From Antedon mediterranea (Eukaryota; Animalia; Echinodermata), in contig NC_092671.1 of the NCBI RefSeq assembly GCF_964355755.1, forward strand, positions 19,282,001 to 19,346,000: a stretch of 64,000 nt of DNA. The letters are read 5' to 3'. A program made the translations under genes and the position numbers. The notes under the pieces are model-generated. The model was not told the origin of the DNA and did not search any database. It was given only the letters and a program-made list of their open reading frames with translations. Positions 15,201 through 26,698 of the stretch are shown here, piece after piece. The stretch's first letter is position 1. Each line of letters opens with the position of its first letter.

Positions 15201-16256
15201 CAAAAGTCTTGTTTGAACTTTGGTATCTAATGCATTGCTCTCCAGAAATCTTTCAGAAGATGTTTCATCCTCAATTGGTTCCTTAACAATTTCCCTTAAT
15301 TTATGTTCATGGTCGATAGCATCACCGATCTGTTTTTTCACATGACTACTAATTTGGCGAGACTGTATTCTTCTAATTCGTTTAATCAGCACTATTGCTT
15401 GTTGTTCTAATTTCTTTTGTCTTTTCAATGAATCAGTTCTTTTTGCATCAATTTTCATTTCTTTTTCCTCATTGGTGTCGCATTTAACATCAATTGGAGC
15501 TACTGTCTCTCCAGTAGAAAGGTTTGGAATGTTGTTTTCGACATCTACATCATCATGGATACTATCGGGCATTTCAGTATTCATGTTTTCAATATCATTA
15601 ATAATGTCTAGAATTGGTGTATTTGGGGAAATATCTCTATCCCTTCCTAGTTCATGGTGTATACTCTCTTCTTTTTTAGTACATTGTAGCCTATCTAAGT
15701 TTGTTGTTTCTGGCGGCATTGTTGTATTTCCGTTTGAATGTCCATTTATTTTGGTAGGTAAATCAATTTTCTTAAGCAAGTTGGTTCCTGTAATAGAACT
15801 AGTTGAAAATGTGTTTGTTTTTGATAATGGTGTTAGATCAATAGATATTTTTTCCAAAAGTGTGTGATGGTGGGAGTTTCCGTTCGTCATAAGTAACTTA
15901 CTTCCACCATTTTTACCATTCAATGAGATTCTTTTGTCAGAAACCAGATGTTTCTGCTTTCCGTTTCCATTGACCACTCGGTGAAAAGAGGTCTCAAGAG
16001 TGGCTCCTTTGATAATTTGCGCGCTTTCCAATGCGAGTGTACGCGAGATTATTTCTTCACTGCCACCAAGGCCTATCCCAATCCCTGGATCTGATGGACT
16101 TCCTGGATTTGCCCTCAAACTGTTATTGTTTTCTGGGTTCATTGGCGAGGCGGGCAGTTTGCAACTGCGAGAATGGGCTGCTGCGTCAGTAAGGGCCGGA
16201 GCCATTGCAGCAGTGCACCATAGCCTCAATGTGGTTGCCTTTTTGGATGTAAACAT
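271..16256 (-). CDS. KANSL1: KAT8 regulatory NSL complex subunit 1 (KANSL1/NSL1 family), 7 coding exons
   Basis: Exons (minus): 16256-14953, 8396-7576, 4558-4474, 2353-2277, 2078-1929, 1631-1297, 942-271. All introns are GT-AG with consistent phases; total 3444 nt (1147 aa, or 1130 aa from the ATG at 16205). Family motifs: [13 protein letters not shown]-terminus, [43 protein letters not shown]5-binding WIN-like CARTRPV, HPVLSF, and the PEHE region [11 protein letters not shown]...[17 protein letters not shown]...RTFPL. Confidence 0.95.
2914..4382. mobile_element. Non-autonomous hAT-like DNA transposon, degenerate
   Basis: Left end CTGGAGTAGCACT versus right-end reverse complement CTGGGCTCGCACT; subterminal repeats GCCAAAATGGCTAAAGT near both ends; flanking TACTA at 2909-2913 and 4383-4387. 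Confidence 0.55.
4880..5472. mobile_element. PIF/Harbinger-type MITE
   Basis: TIR GGGTATG(T/C)TCAGACTCAC(T/C)GC(A/G)TTAAGGTA at both ends; TAA on both flanks. Confidence 0.8.
6676..7125. mobile_element. MITE with about 45-bp TIRs (Harbinger/ISL2EU-like)
   Basis: AGGGAGTTTTCGCAATCTTACGAATACG...AAAACGGATACGTCAC is mirrored by GTGACGTATCCGTTTTCGTATTCGTAAGGTTGCGAAATCTCCCT; ATT on both flanks. Confidence 0.8.
9841..10880. mobile_element. Non-autonomous hAT-like element with 5-bp TSD
   Basis: TIR CAGG(G/C)CCGTAGCCA, G-rich subterminal GGGGGTTCG motifs, and GCCTT at 9836-9840 and 10881-10885. A second copy lies at about 21805-22895. Confidence 0.82.
11451..12860. mobile_element. Tc1/mariner (pogo/Tigger-like) non-autonomous element remnant with a possible nested repeat
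   Basis: Starts TA|CAGTTGAACCTCTCGTAAGCGGCCACC with an internal inverted GGTGACCGCTTACTTGAGGTT. Segment 11630-11955 is inverted-homologous to 21360-21715. Right end not clearly preserved. Confidence 0.55.
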
Positions 16257-18776
16257 ACAAAAAATATAAACAATAACAAATTTAAGGTTTCATTAATTAT
16301 TTATACATTTCACATATTAAAAATGTTTGCATATTGCACTAAACAAAATTGTTGGAAACGTTGACGTCTTCTATTTTCAGATGCCAATATTTTGTATGAC
16401 CCTACACCCACTATCTTGTCATCATCTTCCTTTCAATGTAGCTGCAAACCCGGCCACCACGTGATTTCTGCAAACTTTACCGCGGTGTGATCCCTTTAAA
16501 ATATATTATCCTTATATTATGAAAACGCACCTCAATTTTAGGTTAATATTGAACCCTAGAAGCCTCTGTCGATGTAAAATAAATCACAATGATAATTACA
16601 GACTCTGCTTTGAAAACAAAAGGTTCTTACGATGTTTCAAAGACAATAACAAATTGAATCGCCAAAGTTAATGGACCACGTGACTCGACCTCCACGTTCC
16701 CGAATCCCTCCTCAAAATTACGACGTATTTTCACAGGATCCGCCCTGGTTTTGATACGAAAAATGCAATTCAAAACTTCATTTCACCAAACGCAACATAT
16801 TACTATCCTAGTAAAACGATACATACAGGTGTAAAATTTCCTATATTATGAGCCTGATATCGCGTTGTGATCTTTTTTTTCTCTGTTTTCGTTCTCAATG
16901 CAATTGGGCTCCTTCTCAATATGGCGGACTTCTTTCCTACATTCATTATATTATTTATAGTGTATGTAGCATAACACACGGAGATCGTCACACACACAAC
17001 ACAAAAAAATATTGGCCTCATTTACATACTAGCATTACGTCAATACTCTTACCCCTCTAAGGAGAATTGCTCCATTGGCCAGTTTTGTCAATACCGGTAA
17101 TTAGCGCACTCCCTCTGCTGTTGAGTCTTCTTGTGGCGAGGTAGGCCTGCTTTGTTGAAAGTCACAATAAAAGATAAGCTTATGTCTATATTTCCTGCTT
17201 TTTATTGTACGGCCTCTTAGTCTTATATTCTGGTTAATTCATATAATATCCGAATATCAATTGAAAAAGGTAATGCTGTGTGTTTAAAAGCTAGAATGCT
17301 AGATTTGCAAAAACTTAAATTAAAAATGAAGAGAGAGACGCAGAAAACTGTGACGTCAGTTACTCCATGGTCAGACAGACCAAAGATAGCTTAATTATGT
17401 TGTGGTGCTGTTGTTTAAGAAAAATTGGCTTTATATGAGAGGAAAAATGTAACAACGTTTTAATATCATATGTGATAAACACTAGCCTATCCGTTATGCC
17501 TGATCACTATTTCACAATTGGGATCCGTCATTCGGTATTGGGATTGGGATGCTAAAAATATTATTCATTCATTTATTTCTTACAAGTAGGGCCTACCTTC
17601 ACTAGCAGTGGGAGTGAAATCAAATAAAGTAACTGTCACATTTCGCGCGCTGGGTATATGATTCGATAGCATAAAGAACAAGGATGATGAAACCGCGAAG
17701 TCCGCGCGAGGTGCACAAAATTAACTAAATGGTCTTATATAACGCTAAAGTATAATTTGTTCTAAAATTTAAGGGTGGTGAAGTGAGTGATTGTATGGCA
17801 TGGGTGGCGCTATAAATAGCTCCATTGTTTAGCTGGTATGGCATCGCGTCAAGCTCCCGGTCAAGCTACAGTACTAGTAGTATGTTCATGCCTTTTGAGT
17901 GGCGGGAAAACAGTCGATACCTCCTTGATACAATTGGTTTATCGATCGGCTGATCATCATACTTTTGCCGATTCATTCATTCGAAATAAAAATTTTTTGC
18001 TAAGCACAATAAATAGACAGTTCTCTTTCCCGAGCGTTTATTATTAATAGTGATAATACGGAATTTTGCTGCGGGAGCTAGAGAGATGGGAGTTAGTCTG
18101 GGTTCCAGACGGAGTTTTGTTTTAGGCCTATTAGTAAAAAGATAAATATTTTTGCACATATGGCGTTTCATACGTATACTACTTAAAAGTTTCAGACAAA
18201 TCGAAATAAACAAGAAATATTTCTTACAAAAAACGCCGCTCGACATTTTAAAATTAATCATTGTTCTTTCTTCAGATATATTTATGATTAATTGTTAAAA
18301 AGATGTCCTTTAATCGCAAAAATACATTCAAATCAAAGATAGTTCTTTAATTATGAATTACATGCAAAAGGATGATTGTGTGTGACCTCGGTGACTCTTG
18401 AGTAGCCAAAAAGTTGCGCAACTCGCCTCATCATCATAATAGACTATATCTCCATCAAACAAATTAAAGAACACTTAAATTAAATAATGTCATAAGTAAA
18501 ATATTAAGGACAAAAGAGGTGTTTGGTTGTTCAATGTTTAACTTTTAAAGATATTTTAAGTCGGGATAAATCATCTGTTAGGCCTACACATTTCTCGGCG
18601 GAGCAGCTAGATTATTGTTCCGTTTTCATGGAACGGAACGGAAGACACGGTGCCCTTTCTTCCTAATAATATCAAGGAGGTATAATTTAATTTCTAGCTT
18701 CATGAAAATCATTCCATTATTTACCAAGTTAAATGTCAATTCATACACAGCTAGCCAGGCAGTAAGAGAAAAATAT

Positions 18777-19087
18777 TGTTTTCCATATCAAATATTTTCG
18801 CGCGAATCGAACATTCGTGAGTTCTGGTTGTTCAGAAATTTCAAGTCACAGAAAGTAAGTCAACGCTTTCGATTCGGGCGCGAATAAATTCGCCAATGGA
18901 CAACACAGGTTCCGCTAAATATAATTATTTTCCTCAAGGCGAATTTTTATTAGCGCGAATCGAAATAGTAGACTAATGAGCATGCATATTATAATAACAT
19001 TTCTTCTGTTTTTGACGTGAAAGATGTCACAGTCAATCAGAACTAAAAAAATGTTCTTTCGCGCGAATATTCGTTTATGGAAAACGG
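18777..19087. mobile_element. MITE with CGCGAAT subrepeats
   Basis: Imperfect inverted ends GTTTTCCATATCAAATATTTTCGCGCGAATCGAACATT and AATGTTCTTTCGCGCGAATATTCGTTTATGGAAAAC; repeated GCGCGAAT inside. Confidence 0.65.
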
Positions 19088-21804
19088 GCTTTCAAAAAGC
19101 GGAGCGAATGGGTGGGGCGTTGATATGAGCGGAAACGCGTTCAATATAATATTATACCAGGAATCGAATAGGAAGAGTGTAATTTCACTCTTCCCTGTGA
19201 TAATACAGATTTGGAGCAAGTCTATATACCTCACGAATAATATGGGATTTTAATCTTTAATCGAAATTTCTTTGTCGGTTCGTCCGTTACTTACCGAATA
19301 ATAAAGACCAATACAATTTGGTAAAATACTTAAAAATGTTTTATCACTCCTAAAAACATGACAATTGTCTAAGCCGTTTCGCAGTTCATCATTTCCGTAC
19401 AAAAAAAAACTAAATAATGTTTTCATGTTTCAATGTTTTTCTTATAAAAAGGCAAATTAAAGTGGCAAATTCAAACATCTAATTACAGTTTTTCAGGAAA
19501 ATCATTTTTTCGATCAAATTTTTGGTCAAAGTAGGATAAATAACTATTTATTATGGCATATTCAATAAAAACATTAATTTTTTATATTTTTTAGAGGGAC
19601 AATATTATCTTTAATATTTTACTTTTAGAGAAATATTTCACTAATAAATAGTGATTGGAGGAAAACGACCAAAGAACACGCACACAAATCATCACAAAAT
19701 AGCCATCACGCGCAAATTTAAAACCATGGTAATGTGTAAACTACCCCTATTGTTTTCATTTATAATTTCACACAATGACTAAACTGCTTCTACAACGTTC
19801 TTTTTGTGGGGCAAAAAGCGTGTTTTCCATTGTTTGGCAAAATTCGTTGAAGTGTAATTAATCTGTAACCGACTTTTTTTTTTGTTTAGTCTCACGGAGT
19901 AGGCCTAAATTTACGAATCGCGCCAGATTGGTCATAATAATATGTTGATACTCTAATACTACCTATATATTGTCTAAACGAACAATAATGTAGGCCCAAT
20001 AATAATATGCTGTAAATATAAAAATGTAAACATTTAGGATATAATCACTGCAGTAGCCTAGGCTTAGGCCCCTATATAGTGTGTAAAGGTTTCGTATCGG
20101 TCTCGGTGATATCTTTTTCCATCATGTGTTGAGCAGGCTCCCTCCACTTCCAAAAAAGGGAGAAGAAAACATTTAAAAACAAAAAGAAATTTTGTAGTTT
20201 AAAAATGAATTAACAATAGCAAAGCATGGATGATACTAATTATACAGTACCTCCATAAAGGCCCATTTACATTAGGACGATAACGATCGACGATAAATAG
20301 ACAAATAGACCTATGCATTTTTCATTCATTTGAACAAATTTCTTTTCGTAGTTTCGATTGACTTTTACATCTCAAGGATGAGAAACGTATACAGGTCTGT
20401 AAAAATGATGAATCATCTGCGCATGATGATATGATGAAATAATGATACCCGCCGATGATGTCATCCACATAAACGTGTCTTTAATATTCACCCGTATGTT
20501 AGTTGGCTATTGCCTACGTCATTTATGATATAATTATTAGACCAGTCGTATTTGAGGTGTAGGTGTCACTTTTTGCAGAATTTACTTCATGTACTTTTTC
20601 TGGGGTAATTTTGGCTGTAGAATACGAATATGAATGTTGATCGCGACGGGGAGGGGGCGTTTTTGAGATATGAAGGGTCAAAGGTCAAATTAGGTCAAAT
20701 AAGTCATTTTATGAAGAGGAAATCGTTTATATATGTTAAATGCAACAGAAATGTGTTGTCTAGTTGATATAGTCCAAATAAACATCATATCCAAAATTTA
20801 TCGAAATCGGACACCGGAAAGTGGGTTAATTGGCATAAATTCAAAATGGCCGCCATTTACCATTTGAAGTTCCCATATCTCCTCAACGGTTGGTTTTAGA
20901 CCACCTAAGTGCATTACGAGTAAATATAAATGTGACATTAAACTTTCAAACTAGCATATTTAAATTACCATATGACGTAACTATGACGTCATAAGGTAGT
21001 TGTGACGTCATATATTATGTTATAACTGCTTAAATGACATTATCCTATGCTAAAAAAAATGTAGAAACCGCAGGAAAACAATTTTCTAACATTTTCCTGT
21101 TGAAATGAACATGATACGGTCAGACATCAAAAAGGTTAATTAGCATAAATTCAGAATAGCCGCTATATAAATGTGGTATTAAACTTTCCAATTAATATTT
21201 AAATTACCATATAACGTACCTATGACGTCATAAGTTAGTAAAGTATGATGTCAAAAGAATGCGCAATTGGCATATTCTAAGAAAAAATATGTTTTAAATC
21301 TCATGAAAATAGTAAAACATCCAGGTTAAGATCATCAACTGTGTATCCGCATGGGCTCTATCCCCTCGTCGGGGAGCCTATCCCATATCTGGGAACACAG
21401 GTACTTTTTGTCGAGTCGGGGAATACTGTAAAAATCGTTGGCGTTCACTTCGTAGCCTCAGCGCCTAGAAAACCGCGACGTTCCATTGACCGCGAGTACG
21501 TCGGAGGGTTATTATGCATTCATTATTGCCAGCTATCCAACTATTAAACAATAGGTACGCACTTGTCTGGCGGTATCCCTTTGTACGAATCGTTCAACGT
21601 TGTGTCCAAACGCGTGATATCATATTCCATCCAGGGACCAAAATGTGTCGTAGTATTACTTTCCAGGCGAAGTTTACTGACGGTTACGTTATGTACTGTG
21701 TATCGACGTATGCTACAGCAAAAACGAATTATGTTAATCTGATACGTTTGTAATGAGTTTAATGTCGTTTAATTCCACCCTTACCTAAAAGCCATCCTAA
21801 ATCT

Positions 21805-22895
21805 GGAGGGGCGAAGCAAATTTGGTTAAATGACACCTCTAGATGGCCGGAAATGGTATACTCTCGCACATAACATTCATGATAAATAGCACCTCTAATT
21901 AGTCGGAAAAGACACTCTCATGCAGCATGCTACCAATGAGCAAAACGATCGTATTCGTACCTTTTTTGATCATTCACTTGCGTTCAAGTTCAATGTGAAC
22001 GTACGTACGTCTAGGGGAATCCCCAAAAAAAGCACTTTGTGTGAGAAGGCAAATTCAATGCTTATTATAGCTCTACCTATATTTATTTACAGCAATTTGA
22101 AGAAATTAAATATTAATCAATCTTCTAATAGTAACCCACACTCTAATAATAGTAACCCTCCTTTTAATAGTAATAGTGTAACCCAGTCAATAGTCAATCT
22201 ATAATAATAACAACCCACTACTCTGATAGTAATAAGGAGATAATGCATGTTGATCTCGGGTGTGGGGAAGGATTGAGTGTTTTTGAGTTTATAAGTTAGT
22301 TAGATAGTTAGTTCTGTTCAAACAAATGTGTTTATCCGTACTGTTTTATTATTTTGCTATGAGCTGCTGACCGGAATAGTTGGGGTGGGTTACTATTTTC
22401 AAGTAATAGTAACCCACTACTCTAATAGTAATCCCCTTCTAGTAGTAACCCACCCTAAAAAACAATCAAAGAATAATATAATAACCCAGGGTTACAATTA
22501 GAAGATTTACGGTATACTTTATGCATGCTGACTGCCGTGATCTAAACAATATAGGTACGTACGCTATTGTCTGGCGGTGTCCTTTGTACGAATCGTTCGT
22601 GCCCCAGCTCACTTTATGAGTACGATACACGCATCAATATCATGTTACATCCAGGGATTTCAGGTGAAAATCGGCAATTCATTTGCAACTCGTAAATTTA
22701 CAGACACGTATCGCTCGACATACGCTCATACAGTGAAGAAGGTATCGAGTTATTCACGAACGAATTTTTCAAATTAACCTTTTGTACTGTGTGGGGCACG
22801 TATTTGGAGGATTTTCAGAGATGAGGGTGAGGTATTGGGCATGTCGGGAATGGGGGTTCGCCCGAACCATAAAAACCCCTCTGGCTACGCGCCTG
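21805..22895. mobile_element. Second, left-truncated copy of the 9841-10880 hAT-like family
   Basis: Colinear similarity from GCGAAGC.AATTT.GTTAAATGACACC.CTAGATGGCCGGAAA to GGGGGTTCGCCCGAACCATAAAAACCCCTC.TGGCTACG.GCCTG; interrupted by 22119-22512. Confidence 0.8.
22119..22512. mobile_element. Tc1/pogo-type MITE (CCGTA-type end) nested in the hAT-like copy
   Basis: Inverted ends AATCTTCTAATAGTAACCC and GGGTTACAATTAGAAGATTTACGG|TA; many internal CTAATAGTAACCC subrepeats. Confidence 0.65.
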
Positions 22896-23407
22896 TACAT
22901 ATACATAGAAAATGCAATAGTTCATCATCAAAATACAGTATTACTATTATGGAATCAAACCACCATACACGCAAATTCCACATTTATCAGTTGGTCTTTG
23001 ACATTTTAAACCATAATTATTATATGATGCTGGCTGTTTATTTTGTAGAATACATTTGGTATGATATAGCCATGTTTATTGGAATTATGTTGGTTCAGGG
23101 ACAGAGAAACATTGTTTTATGTGATTTTCTACAGCTAGTTCTTTAGGGCAACCTTATTTTCTTTTATTGTTTAAAACATGATCTCAGTCAGAGAGGAAAT
23201 ATGTTCATGCTAGATGCAGCTTTCGTAATAAATAATACATTCAATATCGTTGTAGTATTTTCACAATGTTTCCACCTGAACAATGATGTCACCTGTGAGA
23301 AATCGTTGGTTGATAGGGTTGCTGAATGTATTGTTATAATCAGCTGAATATACGGGTAGTAGTACACAGCATTTATTAGATTTATGTATACAAAAATAAA
23401 TGTTTTA

Positions 23408-24485
23408 GGCCCTGTTCAGACCCATGGCGTTAGACCGTTTTAGCGTACGACGCTAAAAGAATGTGTGTCTGAACAGTTGGGGATTAGCGTACAACGCGTC
23501 GTACAACGGTTGTAGCGTTGTAGTGGAAAACGGTTGATAGTACCGTTTTAGCGTACGACGCTACTGTAAGTCAACGTTGTACCCAATCAGAACGTTTCCT
23601 GTTATGACGCGAAACAAGGTTTGACCTAGGCTGACATCTTGTATCGTCAATGTGTGAGATGGATTTCAATAACAAAAAGGCCAGAATAAATAAGGCCTAA
23701 CTACACTACAAATACAACTGTTACAAAGGCTACAAACTATTATCAACTGATTACCATTATATTTTCTAACAAATGACATAAATACATGCACCTTGTATTT
23801 AAACATAGGGACTACGATCCCATCCGCTTTTAGGCCTAGCTAGGCCTGGAGCCATTCACGCATTTCATTCAAGCTAAAAACTAGCGTGGGACATCAAGTC
23901 ACTCATTCATACAAGGCAGACTAGACTGGACAAGTTTATTGCTGAAAACCCCCTAACTCCTAAAAAAAAAATCAGTAAACAAACAAGGGGAGCTGTGTCC
24001 CTTTTATTAGCAAGTTAAGTGTTATTTTCAACCGACTGGACCAAAGAATATATATCTTTGACTGGATTGGATAGACTAATCACAATCATTTTTTTCTTCA
24101 TCATTACGAGGCCTGCTTTATTTTCGTAATACAAGAGCCTGGGGAAAATGTTTTTTGCTACAAAATAAAAACAATAGAAACAGAAATTTGGCTTTACTAT
24201 ATTTTTCTTAAATAAATGCTGAGGTATGTTTTATTTACGGCAAATTTTGTCATAATTGTAGGGCTGAGATCTAGGCCTATATACAGTGGAAATAATGATG
24301 AAAACATGTGGGTAAGAGCACATGAATATGCAACTAGAAACAACCTGGATGACGTACTTCCGTTGTAACGATAATCGTACGCTATGGGTCTGAACACCTC
24401 GTTTTTTTCTCTGCGGTTTGTAACGTGACCTTGATAGTAACGTTGTACGCTAAAACGGTCTAACGCCATGGGTCTGAACAGGGCC
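23408..24485. mobile_element. PIF/Harbinger-type MITE, 1078 bp
   Basis: Perfect 41-bp TIR GGCCCTGTTCAGACCCATGGCGTTAGACCGTTTTAGCGTAC; TTA TSD at 23405-23407 and 24486-24488. Confidence 0.92.
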
Positions 24486-26698
24486 TTAGCTGTAAGACTA
24501 CACACACGACACCATAATACATCTACACCTACGCTATTATTATGCCAGCTAGTTACTACACCAGTACTAGGCCTAGTAGTATAGTAGTAGCCTACTCTAG
24601 AAGCCTGTCAGTAATAATAATATAAGTTCTAGGCCCTTACACCACCTAAAAATCGGGGGAAAATTTAAAAACAGTAGTACACATGTTTATGTAAAGCTAG
24701 CGCTGCATGCAAAATAAGCTAGAGAAAGATGTTTCATGCATACGGTCACAATACGCTAGGCTAGTAAAAGCCTACCCACTATTCACTTGAGCGAACTTTA
24801 TATGCGGTCATCGCGGTTTAAACGTCCTTTGTTTACATACGTCGTACGCTGGAAGCATTCATATTCGGGCCTAGACAATATCATTTTTGATCACTGAAAA
24901 CGCGAAAATGAAAAGTTCTAACTAACTTTATACTACACAGTGTATTACTAAAACAATTTCAGCATATAAAACCGATCAGATTTATAAATTATTTTCACAT
25001 TTACGTGAATAAAATTAACAGCAACGAAGTCTTTTTTAATCCAATTTACTCATAATGATGTAGAAAGTGCGCCCTCTATTGTCTAAATTTGTTTTATTTT
25101 GATTAATTTCGGCTCTCAAAAATCAAGATTTTAAACGTTTATATCTTTAAAAAGCCCCCACGTTAGTCCGATCAACAACCAGATTCGTAATCTACGTCAA
25201 AAAATGCACTAGAAAAAGTTGGTTTGGAAAATTCTGCAGAAAAGTGACACCTGCCTCCAGATCCGACTGGTCTATATACAGTGTATTTACATTACAGTAT
25301 AAAATTTACAATTTTATTTTACCGAAGCTCGATCAAAAAAGAAACCACCCATCTCGAAATCAATTCAATAGTGATGAGCGGTATGGGCTTCTTTTCGAAA
25401 TAAACTGTATAATGTCAAAAAATAGATAATGACGAACAACCAAACCTCATTATTTTATAGATATTTATTGTTTTCCAAATGGTACTTTGATTACATCTTG
25501 TATCTATCTTGTCTGCTTCATTGGCCAAAGTCTCAAATTATAATTGTATATGCCCCTCTCTTAGTTTTAGTTTGGAAAAGTAATAATCTCGAAAAGAACC
25601 CCATATGAAAAAGCCCACCCAAAAGATGCTTATGCGGCAGGGCTTCAGTTTTTTTTTAGGTTTTATGGTATCATCGCCACTCCTCATCCATCTGTAATTA
25701 AATGCGATGAGTGTCATGCCCGGTGTCATGGTACCTTTGGTCGACATCATAGGTTTGCATCCGTTTGAAAATTGAGAATAAATAAATCTACAGGAAATGT
25801 TAGATTAGCAAGCAAACAATTGATTTGGTGTATTCCATGTAAGAACTAGTTCTTCTCTGGCTTCTGAGAGCTTCAAATTGCTGCTGCATGCTGAGAGCAG
25901 TTTGTTGTACGTTATTGACTACTTGTGTCAATAGAGGGAGCCCTGTCAAGGCAATCGAAATAAACGAAATAAGAACGTGTTTTTTGTAATATAAATCATC
26001 ACAAATATATTTCAACAAAACATCAACAGAGCGCCGCGCTGTGCAGGGGAGTAGGCCTTCCTATATTCCTATGTTATTATTTTAATTTAACACATACAGT
26101 AGATTTTGACACATCAAATTGTAAATTAAATGTTTATTGAATCGGATCCGGTTAAATTATACATTGACGGTAGAAAAGGTTTTATTAATATTACATCTAG
26201 CTAGGCCTCTAGGCCTAGTTAGTTAGGCCTAGCTAGCTAGGCCTAACCAAACTTGCATTTATTTAGGCCCATCACCACTAGGCTTACTACTACTAGGCCT
26301 TAGGCCTAGTAGTACCAACAAAATACAGCAGCAGAGAAGAGCCAGACAAAGCCCAGCATCTGCCAGCAAAAGTCTAATACTAATAGCTCTCCCTTCCTTA
26401 GTTTGATCGATTCGTTTGATCATGATGGAGGTATAATACCTCCATGGTTTGATTTAATGCTGGGTATATGAGAGTGCAGCAGTGGTAGTGGTAAATCCAG
26501 GCGGTGAATATTTTACAGTACTTACTTACTGAATTGTAATAAATATTTAAACAACATCCAGCAGTACATGCGATCCCACTACACCTACAGCGTGAGATGG
26601 ACAATTCCAATAATAAATAAGAAGTTACAAACAAGGTCGGAATAATTAGTAGATAGGCCTAGACTGCTACTATAGTATAATTCACAATAACAATAACA

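Noticed and set aside
15472-15867. 131-aa plus-strand ORF (also 1439-1663, 1865-2092, 16000-16269)
   Set aside because: All are antisense shadows of KANSL1 coding exons.
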